NCBI RefSeq assembly: GCF_018350175.1
Contig: NC_058368.1
Coordinates: 238,578,001-238,642,000, forward strand
Source of the DNA: Felis catus
Lineage: Eukaryota
DNA: 64,000 nucleotides
Direction: 5' to 3'
Positions 1-11,400 of the stretch are shown here, in pieces (position 1 is the stretch's first letter; every line of letters begins with the position of its first letter). The notes below the pieces were generated by a model, which saw only the letters and a list, made by a program, of their open reading frames with translations, was not told the origin of the DNA and made no database searches. The translations under genes and the position numbers were made by a program.

Positions 1-763
1 TTCGTCCACCTTTGTGTCCCGGGAGGGCCTCGCTCAGGGCTCCTGTCCTGTGCTCTGTGGTTGTAATGCTGCCTTTCCCTGCGTCTTCCAAACCCCCTGC
101 CTCTGCTCTCGTGGGCGAGCTGCCTCGAGGTCTCTGACAATGTGCTCGCTATAAGCATGAAGGTGCCCCCACGCCCCCGCCCCGCCACACACAGCTAAAG
201 ACTGAGGTGGACACACCCTTGCTTTGCAGCCTTCCTGCAAGGGCAGGCCAGTCCCCCGGCCAGCTCCATGCCCCGGTGGCCAGGTCATGTGTACCTCAAG
301 GAGGGGCCCCACTCTTGTGTCCCCACTTGTGGACCTGTTCCTCGTGAGCCCAGGCCCGGAACACCTGCCCACCAGGGAACATATTCAAATCCTGGGTTCA
401 GGCGAGGCACCCTCGGCAGCTCTGTGCTCCTCGTGAGGGCGCATGCGGCCCCCAGACGGCTGGCTTCTCTGGTCACATGCAGAAGCATCAGCCGTTTCCA
501 AATACAGAGGCTGTGGCAGGTGGGAGGCCCTAAGAACACCACCCTTTCTGGGGCGGGAGTGTGGAAATGTGAGGCTGGCCGGTGATGAGTGGGTGAGGCC
601 GTGTGTGTCCACGTGGCCCTTGGGGCAGGACCCTCTCATGCAGTGTCCGATCGGAACCCTCGGGCTCAGCTCCTTAACAGCTGAGGGCAGCTGAGGGTGG
701 GCGTCGGGCTGGAGGCGCTGGGAGAGCAGCGTCCACTCAGGAGGCTTTCTCCACCTGCAGAAC

Positions 764-1315
764 GTGCTCCCCCCCAGCGCCCTCCCCCAGGGCTCCAGGG
801 ACCGCGCTCCCCCCCAGGTCCCTCCCCCAGGGCTCCAGGGACTGTGCTCCCCCCAGTGGGCTCCAGGGATCGTGCTCCCCTCTAGGGCTCTCCCCCAGGG
901 CTCCAGGGACCGCGCTCCCCCCCAGGTCCCTCCCCCAGGGCTCCAGGGACTGTGCTCCCCTCTAGGGCTCTCCCCCAGGGCTCCAGGGACTGTGCTCCCC
1001 TCTAGGGCTCTCCCCCAGGGCTCCAGGGACCACGCTCCCCCCCAGGTCCCTCCCTCAGGGCTCCAGGGACCGTGCTCCCCCCCAGGGCCCTCTCCCAGGG
1101 CTCCAGAGACCGTGCTCCCCTCTAGGGCTCTCCCCCAGGGCTTCAGGGAACGTGCTCCCCCCCCAGGGCTCCAGGGACCGCGCTCCCCCCCCAGTGCCCT
1201 CCCCCAGGGCTCCAGGGACAGTGCTCCCCCCCAGGTCCCTCCCTCCGGGCTCCAGGGACTGTGCTCCCCCCAGGGCCCTCCCCCAGGGCTCCAGGGACTG
1301 TGCTCCCCTCCCCTG
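764..1315. repeat. ~40-bp GC-rich minisatellite (ccccagggctccagggacYgYgctcccc...) in the TERT intron before exon 14, ~14 units
   Basis: ggctccaggg recurs at 791, 831 and onward with ~40-bp period, some shorter units. Confidence 0.95.
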
Positions 1316-1605
1316 ACCCTGGGGCGTTTGTGCCTTCCAAACCCATTTCCGGTTCCTGCAGGTGGGAAGTATTTCGCACACCAACATGGTTGCCACACCT
1401 GTGAAGTCAGGTTACCGGTGGGCGACGCGCACGCAGAAGGGGCCCAGGTGGTCAGTGAGCACCTGGCGAGGCCTTGGCGTGTGGTCGGCCGCGTGCACGT
1501 GCGTCCACGCACACACATGCCCGTGCGCGTGCCTGCCGGCCGGGCACGCGTGCACACGCACGTTCCAGCCAGGGGACGCCGCGCTGACCGGCGTCCCTCA
1601 CTCAG

Positions 1606-1730
1606 GTTCCACGCGTGCGTGCTCCAGTTTCCGTTCAACCAGCCGGTGAGGAAGAACCCCTCCTTTTTCCTCCGTGTCATCGCGGACACCGCGTCGCGCT
1701 GCTACTCCCTCCTGAAAGCCAAGAACACAG
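1606..1730 (+). CDS. TERT: TERT exon 14-equivalent (125 bp)
   Basis: ctcag|GTTCCAC ... AACACAG|gtgtgc; encodes [10 protein letters not shown]...KAKNT. Confidence 0.96.
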
Positions 1731-3263
1731 GTGTGCGCAGTGAGCCGGCGCGGCTGGCGGGTTCGGGGGGGTCACTCGGGGTGCCGGCAAAGCCCAGGCT
1801 GCTCGCCCGCCTGCTTCCGATCCCGGGCGCCGTGTGTGCTCCAGGAGCCCCGTGCCGCACCTGCCGCCAGCGGAGTCGTCGGGGGGGGGGGGGGACTTAG
1901 GGAGGCCGGCTCGTGCCGCCTGCAGTTGCGGTGGCCCTTGCCGACGGCGCACTGGCCTCTCACCCGCCCTCTGCCCGAGGGCAGCGGTCCTGTGTGCTGG
2001 GAGTGTGACGGTCATTCCCGGCCTCCTCCTGGCGGGCACCTCCGTCAGGCCCGGGCGCGTTCACGCCTCTCCCCGGCCACTTGCGCAAGGGCGGGCCAGG
2101 GGTCGGCAGGGGGCCGGCCCCCGCACCGGCTGCCCATCCCAGGGGAACGTGAGGGGCGCCCACGTGGGCCGCTGGCCCGCCTCTGCCTGGGGCTCCCCGT
2201 CTGCAGCTCGGCCTTCCTCCGGGCCCCCCCAAGGATGGTCTCCGCTCCCCGTGGCCTCTCCAGAAGGTTCTGGTCCGTCGCAGCCCAGGCCGAGCCGTGT
2301 CCCCAGGGTCCTTGATGTTTTCCGTTTTGTGCAAGTTTCTTCGGAAAAGTGGAAGGAAGCATTTCAGCCATTAGGGTCCCTGGTGCTTGTGTTGGGGCCG
2401 TCCTTGAAACAAAATCACCTGTTTGACCACTGGCCTCTGCCCCTGCTCCTGGGCTCGGAGTGGGGGACAGGGATCCCAGCTGGCATTGGGAGCATCAGAG
2501 GGGAAGAGGGCGGGCGGGGCCTCAGCGGTCCCTGTGTCTCCCCCCGCCCCCCCCCCCAGGGCTGTCCCTAGGGGCCAAGGGCGCCTCCGGCCCATTTCCT
2601 TCCGAGGCTGCCCGGTGGCTCTGCCTGCACGCCTTCCTGCTCAAGCTGGCTCGTCACAGCAGCACCTACAGGTGTCTTCTGGGACCGCTCCGGGCGGGTG
2701 AGTGGCATGGCGAGCGCCAGCCCCTGGGGCGCCCCGCTGGGCAGGCACAGGGCCCTGTCCTCCCATGTGCTTGCATGGGCAGCGTGGCCCCTCCACGTCT
2801 CACTGGTGGTGGCTGGGTCTGGAGCCCAGGTGATGGGGTTCAGGTGTCCCGGGTTGCAGGCTCTTTCTCACCGCAGGACCTGGACACCCACCGGCCACCC
2901 CACCTCCCCACACCTGCTGTCCGTGGGGAGAGGCCCCCCTCCCTCCACGAGGGAGTCCCCCAGGCCCCTGCCCCGACACTGGCACAGGGCCCCCAGCAAC
3001 AAGTCTTTCCCTAACGCCCCTCTTGCCCTCCCCACCTGGTGCCCAGAGCCTGGCCTGTGCACACAGACCGTGCCTGCCTGGCCTTCAGCGGAGTCCCGAG
3101 GCCGGGGGTTGGGGAAGGCGTTTCTTCCAGGCCGGTCTGATTTCACTTGTCCCTTACAGCCAAAGCACAGCTGCGTCGGCAGCTCCCGAGGGCCACCCTG
3201 GATGCCCTGGAGGCAGCAGCCTCCCCGGGCCTGCCCGCAGACTTCAGGACCATCTTGGACTGA
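1606..3263 (+). CDS. TERT: Telomerase reverse transcriptase, 3' part (last three coding exons; gene begins upstream of window): join(1606..1730,2560..2697,3160..3263)
   Basis: Spliced translation [122 protein letters not shown] is the TERT C-terminal extension; AG/GT boundaries and phases are consistent. Confidence 0.97.
2560..2697 (+). CDS. TERT: TERT exon 15-equivalent (138 bp)
   Basis: ccccag|GGCTGTCC ... CGGGCGG|gtgagt; encodes [16 protein letters not shown]...LLGPLRA. Confidence 0.96.
3160..3263 (+). CDS. TERT: TERT terminal coding exon, TGA at 3261-3263
   Basis: ttacag|CCAAAGCA...ACCATCTTGGACTGA; encodes ...DFRTILD*. Confidence 0.96.
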
Positions 3264-3956
3264 TGGCCCGTCCTCCTGGCAGGCCGGGGCGGGCTCTACG
3301 TGGCTCCACGTCACGGGTGGGGGGGGCCAGCTGACCATGCACCGCTGGCCAGGCCGGTGCCCGTGTCCTTGTGGAAGAGAGCCCACCCACCACCAGCTAG
3401 CGATTGGAGTCCTGTCCCTCAGCTGCTGACCAAAGGAGGGGGCAGGTGGGAGAACCTGGCTGGGGCGTCAGGCCGTCTGAACAGAGCTCGTCCCGACCTT
3501 TGTCACACCCCCATCCCACCCCCTGCTGTGGGGCAGCCCCAGTCTGGAGTGCGGGCCCAGAGAGGCATGTGGGGTGCTCGGCGGTAGATGTGGGCTCCTT
3601 CCCTGAGCTGCATCCAGATGCGTGCCCCATCGAGCTTTCTTCCTCAGAAGCCAAGGGCCCAGTCACCTGTTTGAGACCCATCCCTGCCCCTACCTGTGAC
3701 CTTGCCCTGCCCCTCCCCCCACGCGCCGGCCTCCTGGAGCCTGAGTGTCTGGCACGCCCTGTCCACGGCCACCCCCACTTCCGGACTCTTCCCTGCTGGC
3801 CCTTGCTCAGCACACGGTGGCCCCAGGTTATCCTGGGGGTGCTCCTCTGCTTGGCCTCCTACCTCTGCACCTGCCACCTCCCCTGTGACTCCTGGGGGCC
3901 ACTGGAAGAACACTCTGAGCCCTTGTTCTCATAGGCTTAAATGTTCCCACGTTTGC

Positions 3957-3962
3957 ATTAAA
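3957..3962 (+). terminator. Probable TERT polyadenylation signal (ATTAAA)
   Basis: ATTAAA ~700 bp after the stop, followed by CA repeats and a GT-rich tract (tgtgtgaggt). Confidence 0.7.
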
Positions 3963-4724
3963 GCACACACTGTGTGAGGTATCCATGCCAGTCTCTGTAA
4001 TCACAGAGACTTACACTTGTGTCCCTGCATGATGTGCGGGGTCCTTGGCCTGGCAGGGGTCCCAGGGGGCTTCTGGGGCAGGGATGTGGAAGGGGGGAGG
4101 GGGAAGGGGCGCCTCCCCGGGGCAGGTGCGGCTGGGTAGGGAAGGCCCCAGCCCAGCACGCACCCCGTCTTCAGCCGGCTCTGGCCGCACCGTGGGCTCT
4201 GGAAGGGGGGGTGGGCCTGTGCCCAGGACACGAGGACTTCCAAGCACGTTTCTCCTCTGGCCGCTAGCTTCAGCGTCCACATGATCGGCGCCTTCCGGAG
4301 GGTTCCTCGGAGTGGACAGCGGGGGCATGATACGGGGGCTTGGGGGGTGGGTGGTAGCCCACTGCCCTGCATCCAGCCCTGTGTTCTGGACCTGGGCCAT
4401 TGGATGTGCCTGTCTGCCTGCCCTCGTCTGTCCCCTCTGTCACTCTCCCATTTGCACATCCTGACCGCTGTGGGGCTCCTTAGTTCATGTACGGTCACAT
4501 CTGTTTAGCTGGACTGTCCGTGCTCGTGTAGAGCAGACCGTCAGCCAGCAGCACGGGGGCCTGGGAACAGGTGTCCTGCGTATGGCTCTGCAGGCTGGGC
4601 TGCCTGAGCGGGGTCCCCGAGGGTGAGAACTCCACAGGGGATCCTGCTCACACACCTGCGGGCCTCCCCGGCTGGACAGCAGCAGGGTGCCCCAGACAAC
4701 CTTTTGGGGGAGGCAGAGCAGTTA

Positions 4725-4895
4725 GAGGTGACCCGGGGAGGTGAGGTGGCAGATGTCCTGGGGGTGTGACTGCACACAGGCATTCCCCACCCCAACTTTC
4801 TGATTCAGCAAATCTGGGGAAGGCCTGGGATTTGCACCTTTATGGAGTTCTAAATGAGGCTGGTGCCATGGGGGACCCCATGCTGAGAACCACTT
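4725..4895. mobile_element. MER5A-like hAT-Charlie DNA transposon relic
   Basis: tttctgattcagcaaatctggggaaggcctgggatttgcacc...ggggaccccatgctgagaaccact resembles recalled MER5A consensus. Confidence 0.7.
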
Positions 4896-6465
4896 CAGGG
4901 TGGATGGGGCCATCTTTTAAGCAGTGAGTGGCCCCCGGGGCAGAGCAGGCAGTGTGGCTCCAAGGTCAGGGTTAGGAGTTTGGAGGTGTGTATAAGGCAA
5001 GGTCATGGGGGATGCAGCTGAGGCCATCGGGGAAGTGACCAGAGGTCCTGGAGAGGCCTCATAGAAAGTAGAGGGTCAGGAGCCCCGCCCCGGCCCCTTG
5101 GCCTCCCTGGTCAGACCCTCACCCAATAGGCCACCCCGGGCTCACAACCCCTGGGAGGTGCCCCAGGAAAGGATGTGCTGTCCTTGGGGCTGTGGGCTTT
5201 CTCAGGGTGCCCTGCTTCCCGTCCATTAAGGATGAGCCCACGTGTGGGAGACACTCACGTGCCCTTGCAGACCACCAGGTGGGGGCTGTGCTGTGCATGT
5301 GGGGCTATGCAGGGTGCTGGACAAACATCCTTGAACAGATGGAAAAAGCTGGGAGGATTGTGCAGAGGGTAGCTCAAAGGGGGCATAGCCTGTGAAGAAA
5401 GGGCCCCACCAGGGAGCTGGCTCTCTGCCCTGTCCCCCGCAGCAGTGGGAATACCCGTAAATGAGCAGTTCCCAAGGCTTTCTTCCAGGGTGTCCCTGAT
5501 GGGGCCACATGACAGATGTGGTGGGACACCATCAACTGGACCTTGGACGGGGTCGGTGCTAATGCAGCCCAAGTTATCCAGGAGCGAATGTGTCTCATAT
5601 TGGGGTTTATGGATATTGTCTTTATGGCCGCTGCCAGGCTGAGCATCCAGATGACTGAGCTGACACGTTTATGGCTGACCCAAGTCCAGAGAGGACGTCG
5701 TCAGCACACCGGAGGTGAGCAGTGCAGAACTGAGCCCCACCCAACCCCCACCACCCCGGCCAGCCCCGTGGTGCCCTTGCTTTGTAAACACAGGGAGGAC
5801 AGACTGCCCAACACGGGGGACACCCCCAGGACCCCTCACCGGGCGTCTGGGCACCCGCCGCTGGCCCCCACCCACTCACATGCCAGGGGCCCGGTTCTGA
5901 CGTTTCCGTCACAGACCAGACCCAAGACGGCACCCACTCATCCTCTACACACACCAGAGTCTTCTGGTACAGGTATTTTGTCGGCATTTTGCTCAGGATC
6001 ACGAATCTGTTTTGAAGTGTTAAACCCTTGAAAAGACATGTGCTTGGTCAGGCTCAGTCACTGAAACTTCCTGGTTTTCCTCTTTCGAAAGCCACCGTGC
6101 GCACTGCCAGACCTCCTCCAGGTGAAACGTGGAAATAGGATTTGTAAAAGGCAAAGGAATTCAGTTTTCTGGCCTTCCTTAGATCTAAGCTGCATGTAGA
6201 CAAGCTCTCTCACTCATGCACCCTGCAAACGTGTGTGCAGTAGGTGAGTTCAAGGTGAGTAGCTCAAGAGGAGACATAGATGGTGTCCCCAGGACCCCCG
6301 AAGCACTGAGTGGTTTACCCCTTGAGCCCCGGTTCCTGCCCCTCCCTCAACTGCCATACCCCTGGGTGCATGCTTGGCACCTGGCCACGTGGATACTCTC
6401 CTGTGGAGGACACTGTAGAGTAAAGGGCTTCCCAAACCTGGGTGCCCTCAGAATTGCCCAGGCAC

Positions 6466-6780
6466 TGTAGGAGGTGGAGTAGTGACCCCCCAAGAGCACC
6501 TACTTCCTAACCCCAGAACCTGCAAGTGTTGTGTGACATGGCAAAGGGGAATTATGTGTGCAGGTGGGATTAGGTAGCTTATCAGTTGACCTCAAGATGG
6601 GGAGATCATCCTGAATTACCCAGGTGCACCCAGGGAGATCACAGGGTGAAAGGAGGACGGAGAAACGCGGGGGGGAAAGACTCGCTGACCTCACTGGCTT
6701 GTCGAGGCAGGAAGGGGCCACGAGCCCAGGATTGCAGCATGGGGGCCAAGGCGCAGAGCTACTCGTGGGACTTGGGGCAC
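6466..6780 (+). mobile_element. MaLR LTR relic (MLT1D/E-like)
   Basis: cctaaccccagaacctg...catggcaaagggga...gatggggagatcatcctgaattacccaggtg...atcacagggt resembles MLT1D/E. Confidence 0.75.
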
Positions 6781-7151
6781 ATTTCGGGGGGGGCACTCTT
6801 GAGTTAAATCCTTTGTAATACTCAGCTCCACTTGGGAGTGGGGGAGGGGACAAGAGCAGCTGCGACAGGCGTCCTGGACTGGGCCCCCTGTGACTGACCC
6901 TCCAAGAGACTTTGTCGGCCGGGACTTTTCAGCACCCCGGACAGCGTTTGTCCTGCCCAACAACAGGAAGGCCATCAGTGGTCTCCTGTGGCAAAGTCAC
7001 ACAGCAAGCCTGTGTGTCGGGGCCCACCTCCTTAGATCTGATGCCTGGTTCACAGTGTTGTCAGAGGAGAGAGAGAGGGAGGAGGAGGAGAGGAAGGAAA
7101 TGGATGGAGGGAGTGAGGGAGGAATTGGATGGATAGAAGAATGGAGGGAGG

Positions 7152-7377
7152 AAGGACCTGGGTGGCTCAGTGGGCTAGACATCTGATTCTTGATCTCAGC
7201 TCAGGTCTTAATCCCAGGGTCCTGTGCCCTCCTGTGCACCCCTTCCTCCAACTCTGTGTTGGGTTCCATGCTGAGCGAGGAGCCCGCTTGGGATTCTCTC
7301 TCTCCCTCCCTCTCTGCCCCTCCCCTGCTCTCACTCTCTCTCTCTCAAAAATAAAGAAATAAATATAAAAAAAATAA
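7152..7377 (+). mobile_element. Can-SINE (tRNA-derived carnivore SINE) with its B-box region replaced by an inverted flank segment
   Basis: cctgggtggctcag head, (ct)n linker, A-rich tail, aagaatgga on both sides as a probable TSD remnant. Confidence 0.9.
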
Positions 7378-8289
7378 GAATGGAAGGACAGAGATGGGGG
7401 AGGGAGGGAGGAAATGGATAGATGGATGGAAGGAAGGGGTTGGAGGAAGGGGTGCATGGGAGGGCCGGTGGAGGTGGTGAGCATGCTGGAGCTGAGAAAT
7501 GAGGAGGCGCCCCTGCACGGAGGCTGCAGGAGGCGTGGTGTGCAGTGAGTGGTGCCACTCTCCTCTGGAAATGGTAGGAACCTGTTTCTGTTCCTTCTTA
7601 ACACATTCGAGTCTCTGAGAAAGTGTTTAAAGGACAAAGGGTAGTGTTTCTCAGAAAGAAGGTCGGGAGAGCGGCCAGCACTCGCTGGCGCTGGCTGTGG
7701 CTCCAGCCAGACCCCAGCCCTTGCCTGTGCTCACGCAGGGAGGACCCATCCTGGGATGGGAGTGGCTGGGCCATCGCTCTGCAAGGGCTCCCCGCACGTC
7801 GGTCATAGCAGACTCTGCCCATGCACGACCCAAGTGCTCCAGGCACAGAAAGGGGCTTCTGTGGGCGAAGGCTTCGCTTCAAGCTCACCATGGGGACAGC
7901 CTCCACTTTTCCTTGGAGGTCACCCTTCAGGCTCCCTCAACTCTTACGGTGCCAGGCCCTCGGCTGCACAGGCCCTAAGATGTCTGCACAGCAACCCCTC
8001 CCCCCCCCGCCCGTCCTTCTGCCCGTGGATGCCCTTGCTGGGCTCAGCGTCTGGCCACCCAGGTGGCAGGGCCCCAGGAGCTGGACACCAGGCTCTCTCC
8101 CATTTGGAGGACAGTGTGGACCATGGGGATGGAGGCAGGCTGTACCCGGAGCAGGGTCTGGGGAGCGCGACGGTGTTGGGAAGCAGCAACCACAGGCCTC
8201 AGGATGGGGGCAGGTGTAATGTGAGCACGTGGCACACGGGCTGGCCCTCCCCGCCACCCCCTGCCCAGCCCTCAGCAGGCCCCTCCGCC

Positions 8290-8460
8290 CTACAGCTTCG
8301 GGCACCTGTCCCGCCCGGTGTCCTTCTTCCGTCTGTGTGCAGCTAGCAGCTGGGCCAGTGCCACGGCCGGGACCCACAGTACAGGCAGGAAGCACAGGAG
8401 GACACAGGCGGCCTGCACCCAGCCCGGGTAGGACTTCTCCTGCCGCGTCGGGAACCGCAC
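8290..8460 (-). CDS. SLC6A18: SLC6A18 exon 12 coding part (171 bp), TAG at 8290-8292
   Basis: [56 protein letters not shown]. Confidence 0.92.
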   Translation of the reverse strand: MRFPTRQEKSYPGWVQAACVLLCFLPVLWVPAVALAQLLAAHRRKKDTGRDRCPKL

Positions 8461-11400
8461 CTAGAGGGACACGCGGCCACGGTGACTGAGCGGTGGGGGG
8501 CGGCCTCACCCCGCCTCTTCTCCGGGGGAGGGGGGGCGGTACAGGGCCCTGAAGCCTCGTGGGGATTGGGGGTCTGGGGTTCGGGACACTGTGCCCTGCA
8601 GAGAGCCTCCCACCGGCCTGAGGGGCTGCTCCAGCCTGACCTGCTGGACGCGGGCGGACCCTGTGCCCCCCCGCCCCCCCGCTCCCTTCTCTGTAAGGCG
8701 GGGCAACACCGCCCACCTGACTTCAGGCACCTCTTTTGAGGCCAACGTGAGGCACTAGCGTGTGAATCTGATAGGGCAAAATTCGTGAAAATTCTTGACA
8801 AATGTGCCACTGCTCCTTCTGCAGTGTCTGGCAATGTCACGCTGGGGAGAAGACGCCGCAGCACAGACGAAGTTTTGAGGGGCCAGAGGTGGTGGCCGGT
8901 CAGGGCGTCACAGCTCCGAGTGCAGCCCAGGGGACAAGGGCTGGCCCCAGGGAGTGACCTATGCTCCTGTCCTCACGCGGTTTGGTGGCAGCTCAGTGAC
9001 ACGCATCCTGCACACCTTCCTTCAACTCGGACCAGGAGTGGGCATCCGTGGGCCAGCCCCAAGGTGTGTGTGAGGGGTGGCTCAAGGCCATGTCCCTGTG
9101 TGAGCCGCTCCAGGATCTGAGGGTTGCTCTGGTCCCCCCACCACTGACCGGGGCCCACGGCCCCTGCCAGAGTCAGCTCTGACGCCCCGTGGGACGATGG
9201 AGTTCCGGCGGCCTAGGGTCTTGGCAAAGGCGGCCCACAGGGTCACGTGGGGCAACACCGGGGAAGGGCCAGGCCAGGCCCCCCAGAGGACGTACGTATT
9301 GGGTGTCCCAGGCCTTGTAGCTGAGCGGCGTCCGGGCCAGGGTGACAACGTAGGCCACAAAGATGGTGAGCAGTAGCAGCGGGCTGACAACCTTCCAGGT
9401 CACCTGCCAGTAGAGGCCGGGCCGCCTCCCCGTCATGCTCTCTACGTCATCGCTGAACCTGCCACAGGGACACCGGGCTCGGGCTCACTCACGGGGCTAC
9501 TGAGATGTGGCCCACGGGGCCGTCCCCCACCTCCGCGCTGAACTTTCTGAGCCGCCGCCAGCTGGGGCAGCACTCTCGGGTCCTGACGGGGACTCACCCC
9601 ACCCCCCCAGGCCTGCGTGGAAAAGGTCCCAGCAATCAGATCGACCAGTCGGGGGAGAGGGCTGGACAGGCGGGCCTCCTGGGGCCTCCCAGCCTCTGCC
9701 AACCCCAAGGAGGAGGCCGGCCCGGGCCCTAGTAAGTTGCCCCGGGCAGGCCCCCTGGACCTCCCCCTGAGGGAGGCTCCAGCTGCCGAGAGACAGTGTG
9801 GGCAGTGGAGCCCCGACGGGCCCCAGCCGTCCTGAGACCCCACGGCTGGTTGTACCCAGGGCTCACCGTGTCTCCTCACGTTGTGGGCCAGCCCCGCTCC
9901 TGCCTCTCTAGGTGGCCAGTGTCCCTCCTTGGGACGAGACCTCTGGCCCCTGTACCCACAGAGTAGCGATGAAGGCCCTGGCATGCAGGGCCTCCCAGGA
10001 CCCCTTGAGGAACAAGGACAGAGGTCACAACTGCTGGGACCATCTGAGCAGGGCTATGGTTGGGGCAGCAGGTGTGTGACAGGTGAGACTGACAGGTGTG
10101 AGTACAAGTGTGAGCACAAGTGGGACAGGTGTGAGTCCAAGGGGGACAGATGGGCACGGATGTGGGGACAGGTGTGACAGGTGTGAGAGCAGGTGTGCAG
10201 TGGGCCGATGCGGGCAGGATGGGCGGGACCGAGAGGGGCGTTCTCAGAGGCCTCTGGGATGGGGGCGACCTTAGCAACCTGCCCTGCCTGGTTGGAGACC
10301 AGCCATCTTGCCACCACCACTGCCCCCCCCCCAGAAGGTTGAAGGTCGCACAGCCAGGGGGAGGAGAGCCCCCAGGGCGCTTCTTGGGAGCTCTGGGAGC
10401 CGCCCCGTTTGTTTTGGGGAGAGGCTCAGGCGGTCCCGCCCCGTCCTGTGCTGCCCGGGAGACCAGCTGCTGGATGCCCAGACGCCGTACCCTCAGGGGC
10501 GCGGGGAGCAGAGGGCGGGGCCCCGAGGGGCGGCTCACTCACCGCTGCACCCCATAAACGTAAGCCACCCCGACCACTTCAAAGAACGCAAAGACCATGA
10601 GGTTCAGAGGCGCAGCATAGTTGTCGAAAATCTCCAGCCAGTAGTTTCCTGACTGCAGCGTGAAGCAGATCGCCGAGAGGAAGCAGACCAGGCAGGCCAG
10701 CCCTGGGGGAACGGGGCCCCCTGGTCTGAGCGGCACCCGGCCTCCGCGGCCCCCGCCCCGGCCCGTGCGCCCCCTCTCTTCGTCCGCTCCTCCCGCTGCC
10801 GCCCTGCACCGTGGCCAGAGACAGGAGGGCACGGGATGGCGGCTTGGCGTCGGTGAGCAGTGCTGGGGCCGGTCGGGGGTGGGGGGGGGGCCGGTCTGCG
10901 CCTGCCTGACCCCCTGCTCTCCTGTGCTGGCCCTCGTGGGCTGTTGGGTCAGGGAGAGAGCCACCGAGACCGGCCCCGAGGGGTGACGAGCCAGACCCAG
11001 CCTTCCCCCGGGACCGGGCCACAGCCCCAGAGCCTTCGTGGACGAAGGGTATCGGGACGGCGGGTGGGAGGACGGGGGATGGGCCCATCCACTCACCAGT
11101 CAGGACCTCCTTGGGGATGAATCTGTGCGTGACCCCCATATCCAGGAGTGGCGTAATGATGCTCTCCATGTTCCCGAACATGGACGACAGGCCCAAGGTG
11201 AACAGCATCCCAAAGAAGAGCACGGCCCAGCCGGGGGCCCCCGGCATGTGGAGGATGGCTTCCGTGAAGATGATGAAGGCCAGCCCCGTGCCGGAGGCGC
11301 TCTGCAATGCACGTGCGCCAGCAAGCCCCAGGTGACACATCGTGGTGACCGACAACCCCCCCCCCAAGGGGAAAGCAGCGGCCCCACCCTTTCTGGCCGC

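Noticed and set aside
764..1900. 378-aa ORF in frame with TERT exon 14, suggesting an extended exon
   Set aside because: GTG start and mostly VNTR translation; the obvious upstream acceptors (exon starts 761 and 1362) are out of phase with the previous exon.
5150..6031. 171-aa ORF (5516-6031) and nearby protein-like text between TERT and SLC6A18
   Set aside because: No recognisable domain or exon structure. A short HV..RVLDK resemblance to ERVL/MaLR internal sequence near 5296-5325 is too weak to call without RepeatMasker.
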